64,000 nt of DNA. Origin: Thermoanaerobaculia bacterium (GTDB taxonomy: Bacteria > Acidobacteriota > Thermoanaerobaculia > Multivoradales > Multivoraceae). A program made the position numbers and the translations under genes. Below the pieces are notes generated by a model, which was not told where the DNA came from, did no database searches, and saw only the letters and a program-made list of their open reading frames with translations. The stretch spans positions 42,188 through 106,187 of the forward strand of contig CALOFD010000042.1 in the NCBI GenBank assembly GCA_942492505.1. The letters run 5' to 3'. This document shows positions 37,130 to 47,771 of this stretch, piece by piece. Within the stretch, counting starts at the first letter, position 1; each line of letters starts with the position of its first letter.

Positions 37130-37303
37130 TCACTCCATCGGATCCGCAGGATCGATCCAGCGGGCGGCCAGGAAGAGGCCGCCGCCGATTGCCAACATCA
37201 TCACCTCGGTGCGGATGTCGTCGTTGTAGACACCGACGGGGATCGCCATCCCGACGATGATCAGCGCCAGGACTTTCAGGGTGAAGGCGAAGCTGTGCAG
37301 CAT
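37130..37303 (-). CDS. Unlisted small two-TM membrane protein (57 aa) immediately upstream of the ECF sigma gene
   Basis: My translation gives MLHSFAFTLKVLALIIVGMAIPVGVYNDDIRTEVMMLAIGGGLFLAARWIDPADPME. Nearly all third codon positions are G/C, as in genuine genes here. There is no clear Shine-Dalgarno sequence. Confidence 0.4.
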   Translation of the reverse strand: MLHSFAFTLKVLALIIVGMAIPVGVYNDDIRTEVMMLAIGGGLFLAARWIDPADPME

Positions 37304-37333
37304 CGGCGTCAGTCTAGCAAGGCCCCGCCGTCT

Positions 37334-39391
37334 TCAGCGCCGCGTCGAAGGCAACTCGACGACCCCCAGAATGCGATCGCCGGGCTGGATCGCGTCGACG
37401 ACGTCGAGGCCGGTCTCGACCTCGCCGAACGAGGTGAGTCCTGGGTCTTCGCGGGGCGCGTCTTTCAGGAGCACCCTGAAGATACTCCCCGCCGTATGGG
37501 GGCGCGACCGCTTCATCACCAACGATCCACGTCTCAGGGGGCCGGCGTGGAACTCGTCTCGAAGGTGGTAGCCGGGGCCACCCCAGCCGTCACTGCGCGG
37601 ATCGCCGCCCTCCACCGAGATCCCTGGCTCGACCCGGTAGAACGGCAGATCGTCGTAGAAGCCCTGTTCGCCGAGTTGGATGAAGTTCAAGCAGGTCAGC
37701 GGCGCGGCCGGACAGTCGAGGCGCACCACGAAAGAGCCCCGATCCGTCGTCACTTCCAGGCGACGGGGGCTGCGGGTCCGGCGCAGGATGTCTTCGTAGA
37801 CCTCGGTGCTTCGAAGTCCCTGGACCTCACCGAGCGCCGGAGCGGGCAGCCCCAGCCGGCGCAGCCCGACGGCCGCCTGGCGCCGGATCAGGTACTCGTC
37901 GGCAGCCCCCAGGGCCTCGAGGATCGCCGCGCTGCTGATGCGCTCGAGAGGTTCGGCCCGGGCTCTCGCCACCACGGCGTCGATGCCACTCAGGGCGAGT
38001 TCAGTGACCTCCCTGCCGGTGCCGGCGAAGGCGGCGACGAGCAGCTCGACGCGCAGCATCGGATGGTCGGCGAGCCACTGCAGGGCGGCGGCTCGCACGC
38101 CGCCGTCGAGGTCGGCCAGGACCCGGCTCAGAACGCCTTCGACGGCTCGCGAGCGGTCGAGCTCGGCCGAGAACGCCGCCTGCCTCACTCCCGCGAAGGA
38201 GTCGCGCTGCAGTTCCGAGTAGAGCGACCGCGTCATCGATCCGGGCGTCGCGGTGGCGGCCAACGTTCGCACGAAGCGATCGTCGTCGAGAACGGCCGCG
38301 GCGATGGCGTCGGGGGCGCGTGGATCTCCGCCGGCGGCCAGCGCCGACGTGGCGGCCATCCGCTCGATGACGCTGCTCCCTTCGGCGATTTCCATCAATG
38401 CCCTGCCCAGTTCCTCGTCCAGCAGCCACTCGGACGACGCCAGCAGCGCCGCCGCTCTCACCGCCAACGTCGGGTGGGAGAAGCGTTCGAGGAGCTCCGA
38501 CCTCCATGCGGGTGGCGGCGCAGACACTCCGCGAGAGATCAACTCAGCAGCCGAGTCCAGGGCCGCAACAACGACCTCGACGTCCGGATCCTGCAAGAGG
38601 GTCGACAGCCGATCCAGGTCCTCCGCCTCCCCCACCCGGGCGATCGCACCGGCGGACAGCGACCGCACGCCCGCATCGGCATCACCCAGCAGACGGCGCC
38701 ACAAATCGACATCACGACGTCGTGGATCGTCGGCCAGGGCCAAAGCAGCATGGCGGCGAAGCGCTGCCGACTCGGATCCGAGACCTGCGAGCGCAACCGC
38801 CCGAATCTCCTCGCTCGCGAACGGGTGGGAGCCCGCAAACCGCAACAACTCGGGCATCAATCGGGCCTCGACCTCCGCTGCCGGGAGGTCCGTCAGGGAC
38901 TCGATCACCACCGGCAGGGAGACGCCGCTGCGCGCCAACGCTGCGACAGCCAGGCGGCCGACTTCACGATCGTCCTCGGCCGCCGCGAGTCGAAGTACCG
39001 ACTCGGACGACAGTGAACCCAGCACTCCGAGCGAGAAGACCGCCGCGCGTCGCACCTCGACCGAGGGGTCGCGAGCCAGTCGCCGCAGGGCAAAGAGTCC
39101 CTGGGGATCGCCGATCCTGCCGAGAACGGCCGCCAGTTCGCGACGAGCCTCGGGTCCCGCCGCCAGTGCCCGTTCGACGGTCAGGCCTTCGTAGACCAAC
39201 CGATCGTTGAGCAATAGGACGAGCCCGCGCAGCTCCTCGTCGGGCAGTGGTGCGGCCGGAGCAGGGCCTGAATCCGTACCGACGCCGCTCGCCGGCAACC
39301 CGCTCGAAGCGCAGCCTCCCGCGAACACGAGTGCGAGAACCACGACGAGGGCGAGGCTGAGCACACCGCGATCGAAGGCCATCGGGCGCAT
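37334..39391 (-). CDS. Lipoprotein with HEAT/PBS-lyase-like repeats fused to a C-terminal cyclophilin-type peptidyl-prolyl isomerase domain
   Basis: Lipobox LVFAGGC. Repeated DPxVEVRRAA / DPDVEVVVAAL HEAT-like units. The C-terminus (..FVVRLDCPAAPLTCLNFIQLGEQGFYDDLPFYRV..GGPGYHLRDEF..) matches cyclophilin motifs. Confidence 0.65.
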   Translation of the reverse strand: MRPMAFDRGVLSLALVVVLALVFAGGCASSGLPASGVGTDSGPAPAAPLPDEELRGLVLLLNDRLVYEGLTVERALAAGPEARRELAAVLGRIGDPQGLFALRRLARDPSVEVRRAAVFSLGVLGSLSSESVLRLAAAEDDREVGRLAVAALARSGVSLPVVIESLTDLPAAEVEARLMPELLRFAGSHPFASEEIRAVALAGLGSESAALRRHAALALADDPRRRDVDLWRRLLGDADAGVRSLSAGAIARVGEAEDLDRLSTLLQDPDVEVVVAALDSAAELISRGVSAPPPAWRSELLERFSHPTLAVRAAALLASSEWLLDEELGRALMEIAEGSSVIERMAATSALAAGGDPRAPDAIAAAVLDDDRFVRTLAATATPGSMTRSLYSELQRDSFAGVRQAAFSAELDRSRAVEGVLSRVLADLDGGVRAAALQWLADHPMLRVELLVAAFAGTGREVTELALSGIDAVVARARAEPLERISSAAILEALGAADEYLIRRQAAVGLRRLGLPAPALGEVQGLRSTEVYEDILRRTRSPRRLEVTTDRGSFVVRLDCPAAPLTCLNFIQLGEQGFYDDLPFYRVEPGISVEGGDPRSDGWGGPGYHLRDEFHAGPLRRGSLVMKRSRPHTAGSIFRVLLKDAPREDPGLTSFGEVETGLDVVDAIQPGDRILGVVELPSTRR

Positions 39392-39461
39392 CGTACGCCA
39401 TGCCCGTCGGGGGAACCACGGTGTCGGCTCCCGGCTGTGCTAGTTTGCCCGCGGTCCGACG

Positions 39462-40166
39462 ATGCCCGAGACACCCCCAGCAGCCGTCCGTGCCCGAGGG
39501 CTGGGCAAGCGCTTCGGCCGACACTGGGCGGTCGCCCATATCGACCTCGAGATCGCTGCCGGCGATTCCGTCGTGGTCGCGGGGTCGAACGGCTCCGGCA
39601 AGACCACCCTGCTGCGCCTGGTATCGGGACTGTTGAGCCCCTCCGAGGGCGAGCTCTTCGTCGACGGTCTCGACGTCGCGACCGAGACCCTGGAGGTGCG
39701 GCGACGACTGTCGCTCGTCAGCCACCGCACCTACCTCTACGAGCGACTGACGGCTCTCGAGTCGCTGCGTATGTGGGCACGACTGTCGAATCACCCTCAC
39801 GACGAGACCCGCCTGGTAGCGCTCCTCGAGGAGGTCGACCTCGTCGATCGCCGACACAGTACCGTCGACACCTTCTCGGCCGGAATGCGCAAGCGTCTCG
39901 CCCTGGCGCGGTCGAGAATCGAGGCACCGAGCATCCTTCTCCTCGACGAACCCTTCGCCGCCCTGGACGTGCCCGGACAGGCGCTGGTCGAGGCGTGGGT
40001 CGAAAAGGGCCGCGACCGAGGCCAGACCGTCGTGGTCGCCTCCCACAATCTCGAGCGCGCGGCGCAGCTGTGCCGGACCGCGATTCTCATGCGGGCCGGT
40101 CAACAGATCTGGAACGGCCCGGCGGCCGAGTTGCCGCGAGCGTTCGCGAAGGCGCACTCCAAATGA
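39462..40166 (+). CDS. ccmA: Heme exporter ATP-binding protein CcmA
   Basis: Walker A GSNGSGKTTLLR, signature FSAGMRKRLALAR, Walker B LLLDEP. First gene of the ccm cluster. Confidence 0.85.
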   Translation: MPETPPAAVRARGLGKRFGRHWAVAHIDLEIAAGDSVVVAGSNGSGKTTLLRLVSGLLSPSEGELFVDGLDVATETLEVRRRLSLVSHRTYLYERLTALESLRMWARLSNHPHDETRLVALLEEVDLVDRRHSTVDTFSAGMRKRLALARSRIEAPSILLLDEPFAALDVPGQALVEAWVEKGRDRGQTVVVASHNLERAAQLCRTAILMRAGQQIWNGPAAELPRAFAKAHSK

Positions 40167-40837
40167 TCCGCCAGGCCGTCCTGATCCTGCGCAAGGATCT
40201 GCTGCTGGAATGGCGCGGACGGGCTCGGATCCTGTCGGTCTTCCTCTTCGGACTCGTCGCCCTGTCGCTCTTCTCCTTCGCCGTCGGCCCCGACAGCCTC
40301 GCTCTCTCGCGGACCACACCCGGCTACCTGGTCCTGACCCTGCTGCTCAGCTCCACGCTGGCCCTCACCGAGTCCTTCCGCGTCGAGACCAGCGACGAGG
40401 CGCTCGAAGGGCTGCTCCTGCTGCCCGTCGATCCGACGGCGATCTTCTATGGCAAGGCGCTGGCCAACACGCTCTTCCTGACGTTGCTGGGTCCAGTACT
40501 GGCCCCGGTGGCCATCGTGCTCTATGCTGTGGACGTCGAGGCCGGCAACGTCCTTCGCCTCCTCGGTCTCTGGGCCCTCACCGCTGCGGGGCTGTCGGCT
40601 CCCGGCACCCTCTATGCGGCGATGACCAGTCGCATCCGAGGCCAGGAAGTCCTGCTGCCGATCGTCCACTACCCGCTCGTGATCCCTCTTCTTCTGGCAG
40701 CCGTAAAAAGCATGGACCTGGCACTCTATGGCGACGTGATGGGTCAGATGGGGTCGTGGGTCACGGTTCTCGTCGGCTTCAGCGCCGTCTACTGGCTCTT
40801 GGGTGGCATCCTTTTCCGTTTCACCATCGAGGACTGA
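40163..40837 (+). CDS. ccmB: Heme exporter protein CcmB
   Basis: ATG overlaps the ccmA stop as ATGA. MIRQAVLILRKDLLLEWR.., 6 TM segments, 224 aa. Confidence 0.8.
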   Translation: MIRQAVLILRKDLLLEWRGRARILSVFLFGLVALSLFSFAVGPDSLALSRTTPGYLVLTLLLSSTLALTESFRVETSDEALEGLLLLPVDPTAIFYGKALANTLFLTLLGPVLAPVAIVLYAVDVEAGNVLRLLGLWALTAAGLSAPGTLYAAMTSRIRGQEVLLPIVHYPLVIPLLLAAVKSMDLALYGDVMGQMGSWVTVLVGFSAVYWLLGGILFRFTIED

Positions 40838-40841
40838 CGCC

Positions 40842-41531
40842 ATGGCAGGAACGAAATCGAAGTGGATCGGCATTCTCGGTGTCGTCCTGTTCGTGATCGG
40901 CAGCTATATCGGGCTGTTCGTCGCCCCCGCCGAACGCCACATGGGAGACGTTCAGCGGATCCTGTACGTGCACGTACCGACGGCCTGGAACTCCATGCTG
41001 ATCTACTTCTTCGCCTTCGTCTTCGCGGTGACCGCACTGTGGACGAACGACGAGAAGTGGACTCACCGGATGATCGGAGGCGTCGAGGCCGGCGTGGTGC
41101 TCAACGGCCTGCTGTTGATCCAGGGCATGATCTGGGCGAAGCCGACCTGGGGCATCTGGTGGACCTGGGGCGACGTGCGCCTGCTGTTCTCGTTCCTGAT
41201 GTTCCTTCTCTTCGCCGGCGTCCTCGCCCTGTCGAGTTTCGTCGACGACCGACGTCGACGCTCCACCTGGACCGCCGTCGCCACCATCATCGCCTTCGTC
41301 GACGTCCCGCTGGTCTACTACTGCGTCCGCTGGTGGCGCAGCCTCCACCAGGTGCAGTCGACGCCCGAAACCATGGACCCGGCGATGGTCCTGCCGATGC
41401 GGATCAACGCTTTCGCCATCCTGTTCATCGGAATCTGGTTCATCGCGCAACGAGCCGCCATCGAAGCGCGGCGTTCGCGCGCCGAGAATGTCGACGCTCC
41501 CGCCCGGTTGAGCACCCTGGAGAGTGCCTGA
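40842..41531 (+). CDS. ccmC: Heme exporter protein CcmC
   Basis: Start at MAGTKSKWIG. Trp-rich WWD-type motif (WAKPTWGIWWTWGDVRL). Confidence 0.8.
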   Translation: MAGTKSKWIGILGVVLFVIGSYIGLFVAPAERHMGDVQRILYVHVPTAWNSMLIYFFAFVFAVTALWTNDEKWTHRMIGGVEAGVVLNGLLLIQGMIWAKPTWGIWWTWGDVRLLFSFLMFLLFAGVLALSSFVDDRRRRSTWTAVATIIAFVDVPLVYYCVRWWRSLHQVQSTPETMDPAMVLPMRINAFAILFIGIWFIAQRAAIEARRSRAENVDAPARLSTLESA

Positions 41532-41532
41532 A

Positions 41533-41670
41533 ATGCAGCCAGAAGGCGTTATAGTTGGTGGCTGGAACTACGTGATCGCGGCGTTCGGGATCACGACTGC
41601 TGGACTCCTGATCTACGCCTGGAGTTTGTACTCCAGGGCCCGAGGCGGCAACGATGACGACTCCTCCTAG
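41533..41670 (+). CDS. ccmD: Heme exporter protein CcmD (45 aa; below the ORF-track cutoff)
   Basis: My translation gives MQPEGVIVGGWNYVIAAFGITTAGLLIYAWSLYSRARGGNDDDSS. It lies between ccmC and ccmE and overlaps ccmE by 17 nt. Confidence 0.7.
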   Translation: MQPEGVIVGGWNYVIAAFGITTAGLLIYAWSLYSRARGGNDDDSS

Positions 41671-42129
41671 CGACCTCAAACGACGACGCATCTTCACCGC
41701 GATCGCGGTCCTGGCGATTGCCGGCGTGCTGTCCTTCCTGGCCTTCGGAAACGGCGAGTTGGAGACCAACCTGGTCTACTACTGGAGCCCCGAAGAACTC
41801 CTCGACGCCGGCGATGACGCCGTCGGCGCCAGCGTCCGCCTCGGTGGACTCGTCGCGCCCGGTTCGATCGTTCGCGAGCAGGACGGACTGACGCTTCGAT
41901 TCGCCGTCACCGACGGCAGCGAGACCGTGCCGGTCTTCGCCCGCAGCGTTCCACCTGCCATGTTCCGTGAAGGAATCGGGGTCGTCGTCGAGGGCACGCT
42001 GAAGAACGACGGCACGTTCGAATCGACCCGCCTGATGGTCAAGCACGACAACGAGTACCAGGCGCCCGGCACGGAAGACAACCGCAACATGCAGGAACTC
42101 GCCAAGAGCCTGCAGTTCGGAACCGGCGG

Positions 42130-42133
<4 letters not shown>
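41654..42133 (+). CDS. ccmE: Cytochrome c-type biogenesis heme chaperone CcmE
   Basis: N-terminal anchor and OB-fold with VRLGGLVAPGSI...FAVTDG..VPV. Confidence 0.8.
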
Positions 42134-44091
<1,958 letters not shown>

Positions 44092-44099
44092 ATCGCATG

Positions 44100-44603
44100 G
44101 TGCTGCTCGTCGGCGGGCTGATCGCCATCCCGCTCATCGTGTTCCTGGCTCTCGGCTTCGGTCACGACCCCAACGTCGTCGAGTCTCCGCTGATCGGCAA
44201 GCCGGCGCCGTCGTTCTCGCTACGCGGTTTCGACGACGCGGCGCTCGAATCGACGGATCTGGCCGGCCGGCCGGCGGTGATCAATTTCTGGGCCTCGTGG
44301 TGCCGGCCGTGCGTCTACGAGCATCCCCATCTGGTCGCAGCCGCCCGGGACTATGCCGGCAGGGTCAACTTCGTCGGCATCGTGCCCGCCGAGGACACCG
44401 CCCAGGCCGTCGCCGCCTTCGAGAGGCAACTCGGCCGCTGGTCGCCGGCTCTCTGGGACAGCAACGGCAAGGTGTCGATCGCCTACGGCGTCTTCAAGCT
44501 TCCCGAGACCTACATCGTCGATTCCGAGGGCATCATCCGGGAGAAGGTCGCCGGACCCATCGACCCGGATGAACTGAGGGCGACCCTGGACAGTCTGCTG
44601 TGA
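44100..44603 (+). CDS. ccmG: Thiol:disulfide interchange protein CcmG/DsbE
   Basis: TM anchor, thioredoxin fold with WASWCRPC, and GVFKLPETYIVD. The start could alternatively be the GTG at 44088, which overlaps the ccmF stop. Confidence 0.75.
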   Translation: MLLVGGLIAIPLIVFLALGFGHDPNVVESPLIGKPAPSFSLRGFDDAALESTDLAGRPAVINFWASWCRPCVYEHPHLVAAARDYAGRVNFVGIVPAEDTAQAVAAFERQLGRWSPALWDSNGKVSIAYGVFKLPETYIVDSEGIIREKVAGPIDPDELRATLDSLL

Positions 44604-45106
44604 GACTGAAACCGTCACGCTACGCCACGATCCTGACGCTCGCTGTCGTCGGCCTGCTGGCTCCGGTCGTCTCGGGCCAGCCGGCTGGGCCGGAACTCGG
44701 CGTCCAGGAGTTCGAACTGCTCGGCGAGCCCCAGGGTCGGCGGCTCGAGGGCGAGGCCCTGCAGGAGGCCACCCTGGAACTCGGATCCACCATGCGATGC
44801 CCGGTCTGCCAGGGCCTGTCGATCGCCGATTCCCCCACTCCATCGGCCGTCGCCATGTTGTCGCAGGTTCGCGACCTCTTCGCCCTGGGCTACACGAGCG
44901 AGCAGATCCTCGACTACTTCGAGAGTTCCTATGGCGAGTTCGTCCGACTCTCGCCACGCCCCGACGGCCTCAACCTGCTGGTGTGGCTCGCTCCGATCGC
45001 CGTCTTGGCGTCGGCGCCGCAATTCTCTGGACGCGCGTCGTCGCAAGTCGATTCGACCGACTCGGCGGTCGAGGGAGACGGCCTCCGTGAGCGACCCGAA
45101 GGGTGA
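44600..45106 (+). CDS. ccmH: Cytochrome c-type biogenesis protein CcmH/NrfF
   Basis: Signal peptide and the LRCPVCQGLSIADSP heme-handling CxxC motif. GTG start overlaps the ccmG stop. Confidence 0.75.
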   Translation: MRLKPSRYATILTLAVVGLLAPVVSGQPAGPELGVQEFELLGEPQGRRLEGEALQEATLELGSTMRCPVCQGLSIADSPTPSAVAMLSQVRDLFALGYTSEQILDYFESSYGEFVRLSPRPDGLNLLVWLAPIAVLASAPQFSGRASSQVDSTDSAVEGDGLRERPEG

Positions 45107-46512
45107 AGAACTCGACGACTACCTCGCCAGGGTGCGACGCGATACGCGGGCACCGGGAAAGACCGCTACATGAACGCCCTCGGATCCTTCCTGGCCCCGG
45201 AGTCGTGGTGTTGGCCGTCGGCCTGCTGGTCGGCGCGGTGGTGGTGTGGCGACTGCGCCGTTCGAGTTCGGCACCCTCCAGGCAGACGCCGAACGAGGAT
45301 CTCCAGCTCGAGGCCAGCGACCTGCGGGAGCGCCGCAACGTTCTCTACGAACGCCTCGAATCGGAAGGCCTCGACGAGTCGGAGCGGGATCGCCTGGAGC
45401 GCGACGCCGCGCGCGTCCTCAAGGAGCTCGACGAGGTCACCGCCTCGCTGCCCGCCGAACAACGCGAAGCCGCCTCGAGTCCCACCACGGCGCCTCCCAA
45501 CCCCTATGCCGGCTTCGTCGGCTTCGCCTTCGGCGCCGGGCTGGTCGGGCTCTTCATGCTGCTCTTCTTCTGGGCCCAGCGCGACGCGGCTCCGACTCCC
45601 GAACAGCCCATGGCGCAGTCCAGCCCGAGCGCCGGAGCGGGGCCCGACCTCGCCAACACCGAGCCCGAGATCGCCTCGCGTATCCAGCGGATCCGGGCCG
45701 CCCTCGACCAGAACCCGGGAGACGTCGGCATCCGCAAGGCCTACGCCGAGAGCCTGCTCGCAGCGGGACTGCTCTACGACGCGTACACCGAGGCCGAGAT
45801 CATTCTCGACGCTCGCCCGGGAGACGTCGACGGCCTCTACTTCCAGGGCCTCGTCCGGCTCTCCATGGGCCAGGGCGACGCGGCCCTGGAACTCCTCGAC
45901 CAGGCTCTGACGACAGCGCCCGACTACGTCAACGCGCGACTCGTGCGCGGCATCGCCTACCTCCGAATGGATCGGCGCGAGGACGCGATCCGCGACTGGG
46001 AGGCCGGCCTGCAAGCCGCCGACGGCCAGCATCCCGGTCTCGATCAACTGCTGGACATGGCCAGGTCGGGAATGACAGCCGAAGAGATCCTCGGCGCCGG
46101 GCCCGGTGGTTCGCGATCCGGGCCGCCTGCCGAAGAGCCGGTTCGCACGGCCGAGGCACCGTCGCCGGGAGTGATCGGTGCAGCCCCCGGGGGTCCGACC
46201 TATCGTCTGCGACTGGAACTGCAGGCAGGAGCGGTGCCGCCGCCTGGGGCCGTCCTCTTCGTTTCGCTGCGCGACCCCGAGCTTCCGGGACCGCCGGCCG
46301 CCGTCAAACGCATCGACCGGCCGACGTTCCCGATCGAGATCGTCCTCGGCTCAGCCGACAGCATGCTGGGCCGCCCACTGCCCGAGAGCGGAACCCTGAG
46401 TGCCCGCCTCGATGCCGATGGCAGCGCCTCGACCCGTGGCGAAGCCGATCTCGCCGTCACCGTCGAGGCGGCTGCGGGAGACGAACTGCGGCTCACCCTG
46501 GTGAGCCCGTAG
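45103..46512 (+). CDS. ccmI: CcmI/CycH-like cytochrome c biogenesis protein (TM, coiled coil and TPR)
   Basis: TM helix VVVLAVGLLVGAVVVW, a coiled coil, a second TM, and TPR repeats (..AYAESLLAAGLLYDAYTEAEIIL..). The start is uncertain; a GTG within codons 28-31 is likely. Confidence 0.55.
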   Translation: MKNSTTTSPGCDAIRGHRERPLHERPRILPGPGVVVLAVGLLVGAVVVWRLRRSSSAPSRQTPNEDLQLEASDLRERRNVLYERLESEGLDESERDRLERDAARVLKELDEVTASLPAEQREAASSPTTAPPNPYAGFVGFAFGAGLVGLFMLLFFWAQRDAAPTPEQPMAQSSPSAGAGPDLANTEPEIASRIQRIRAALDQNPGDVGIRKAYAESLLAAGLLYDAYTEAEIILDARPGDVDGLYFQGLVRLSMGQGDAALELLDQALTTAPDYVNARLVRGIAYLRMDRREDAIRDWEAGLQAADGQHPGLDQLLDMARSGMTAEEILGAGPGGSRSGPPAEEPVRTAEAPSPGVIGAAPGGPTYRLRLELQAGAVPPPGAVLFVSLRDPELPGPPAAVKRIDRPTFPIEIVLGSADSMLGRPLPESGTLSARLDADGSASTRGEADLAVTVEAAAGDELRLTLVSP

Positions 46513-46530
46513 GTCGCCGTTGCGCGGCTC

Positions 46531-47271
46531 TCAGGCCCCGTACTCGAGTCTCTCGGCCAGCATCTCGGGAAGGCCGGCAGCGAGAATCCGACGCTGGGCG
46601 CGCCGCATCGGGTAGCGAATGCGGTGCCATGTGGCCACGCCGGCGTCGCTGTCGTAGATCATGTAGGCCGCCAGCGGGTTGCCGTCTCGGGGCTGACCCA
46701 CCGACCCCGGATTGATCAGGTAGCGGCTCCCAGGCTCGATCTGGATCTCACCCTTGTTGCCCTTCAGGCGCTCGCCGTGAGTCTCCCTGCCCGTCTGTCG
46801 GAACAGCATCGGCACATGCGTGTGCCCGAAGAAGCAGACATCGAACTCGGCGCCGGCGAAGGCCTCCTCGGCATCGGCGGTGCGCAGCAGGTAGCGATCC
46901 TCGTCGATGGGAGCTCCGTGACAGATCGAGAAGTCATCCACCTCGACCGGCCCTTCGGGAAGATCGATCAGGTAGCGCTTGTTCTGGGGCGTCAGGCGAC
47001 TTCGGCTCCAGATCGCCGAGGAGATCGCCACGCGGTTGAAGTCCTCGCCATCTTCGAGCCCGGCGATGACCTTGTCGTGGTTGCCTCGAATCACCACGGT
47101 GCGTCCCTTGAGATCGCGAACCTCTTCGACCACCTGATTCGGACAGGCTCCATAACCGACCAGGTCGCCAAGCACCAGAACGGCATCGAAGGTCTTGCGA
47201 CGCACGTGATTGAGGACCGCACGCGTCGCGTCGTAGTTGCCGTGCAGGTCGGTGATGATCAGATACTTCAT
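46531..47271 (-). CDS. Metallophosphoesterase (calcineurin-like, YfcE/MJ0936 type)
   Basis: [31 protein letters not shown] motifs. 246 aa. Confidence 0.75.
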   Translation of the reverse strand: MKYLIITDLHGNYDATRAVLNHVRRKTFDAVLVLGDLVGYGACPNQVVEEVRDLKGRTVVIRGNHDKVIAGLEDGEDFNRVAISSAIWSRSRLTPQNKRYLIDLPEGPVEVDDFSICHGAPIDEDRYLLRTADAEEAFAGAEFDVCFFGHTHVPMLFRQTGRETHGERLKGNKGEIQIEPGSRYLINPGSVGQPRDGNPLAAYMIYDSDAGVATWHRIRYPMRRAQRRILAAGLPEMLAERLEYGA

Positions 47272-47771
47272 GAGAGTGGGTCCAGGAGGCGCTCGATCCT
47301 ACGCGCGATGCTTCGCGCCTGCTCGCTGCCTTCGATTCGAACTCGATGGTCGCAACGGGCGTAGGCCTCGAGACGGGATGAGTAGAGTCCTCGCACCTGT
47401 TCCTCAGATTGGAAGAGAGGCCGAGGGGTGGGCGATTTCATCAGACGGGCGAGAAGGATCTCGAACGGAGGATCGAGCCACACGACCGTACCCGAGGATC
47501 GCATCCGCTCGATGTTCCCCGAGTCCTGCACCGCCCCACCGCCGGTCGCGACGACCCTCGAGTCGAGGCCGCAGATTGCTTCGAGGGCCTGGCGCTCCCT
47601 TCTCCGGAAGCCCTTCTCACCCTCGGCGGCGAAGATCTCCGGGATCGAGGTTCCGGCATTGCGCTCGATCTGATCGTCGAGGTCGGTGAACTCGCAGTCG
47701 CGCAGCGTAGCCAGTTCGCGGCCGATCCGACTCTTGCCGGCGGCCATGAAGCCAGTCAGGAAAACGAGCAT
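47268..47771 (-). CDS. aroK: Shikimate kinase
   Basis: [19 protein letters not shown]-loop, 167 aa. Stop overlaps the downstream start as ATGA. The pil-aroK linkage is a conserved synteny. Confidence 0.85.
   Translation of the reverse strand: MLVFLTGFMAAGKSRIGRELATLRDCEFTDLDDQIERNAGTSIPEIFAAEGEKGFRRRERQALEAICGLDSRVVATGGGAVQDSGNIERMRSSGTVVWLDPPFEILLARLMKSPTPRPLFQSEEQVRGLYSSRLEAYARCDHRVRIEGSEQARSIARRIERLLDPLS

Noticed and set aside
34687-37260. 857-aa plus-strand ORF
   Set aside because: It spans four minus-strand genes of the ECF module. The product is a low-complexity Ser/Arg/Pro/Ala-rich translation.
37334-40319. Large overlapping ORFs in other frames and on the plus strand across the HEAT-PPIase gene (e.g. 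37049..39016 plus, 38964..40319 minus)
   Set aside because: No motifs, Arg/Gly-rich. The lipoprotein reading frame has coherent repeats and a cyclophilin domain.
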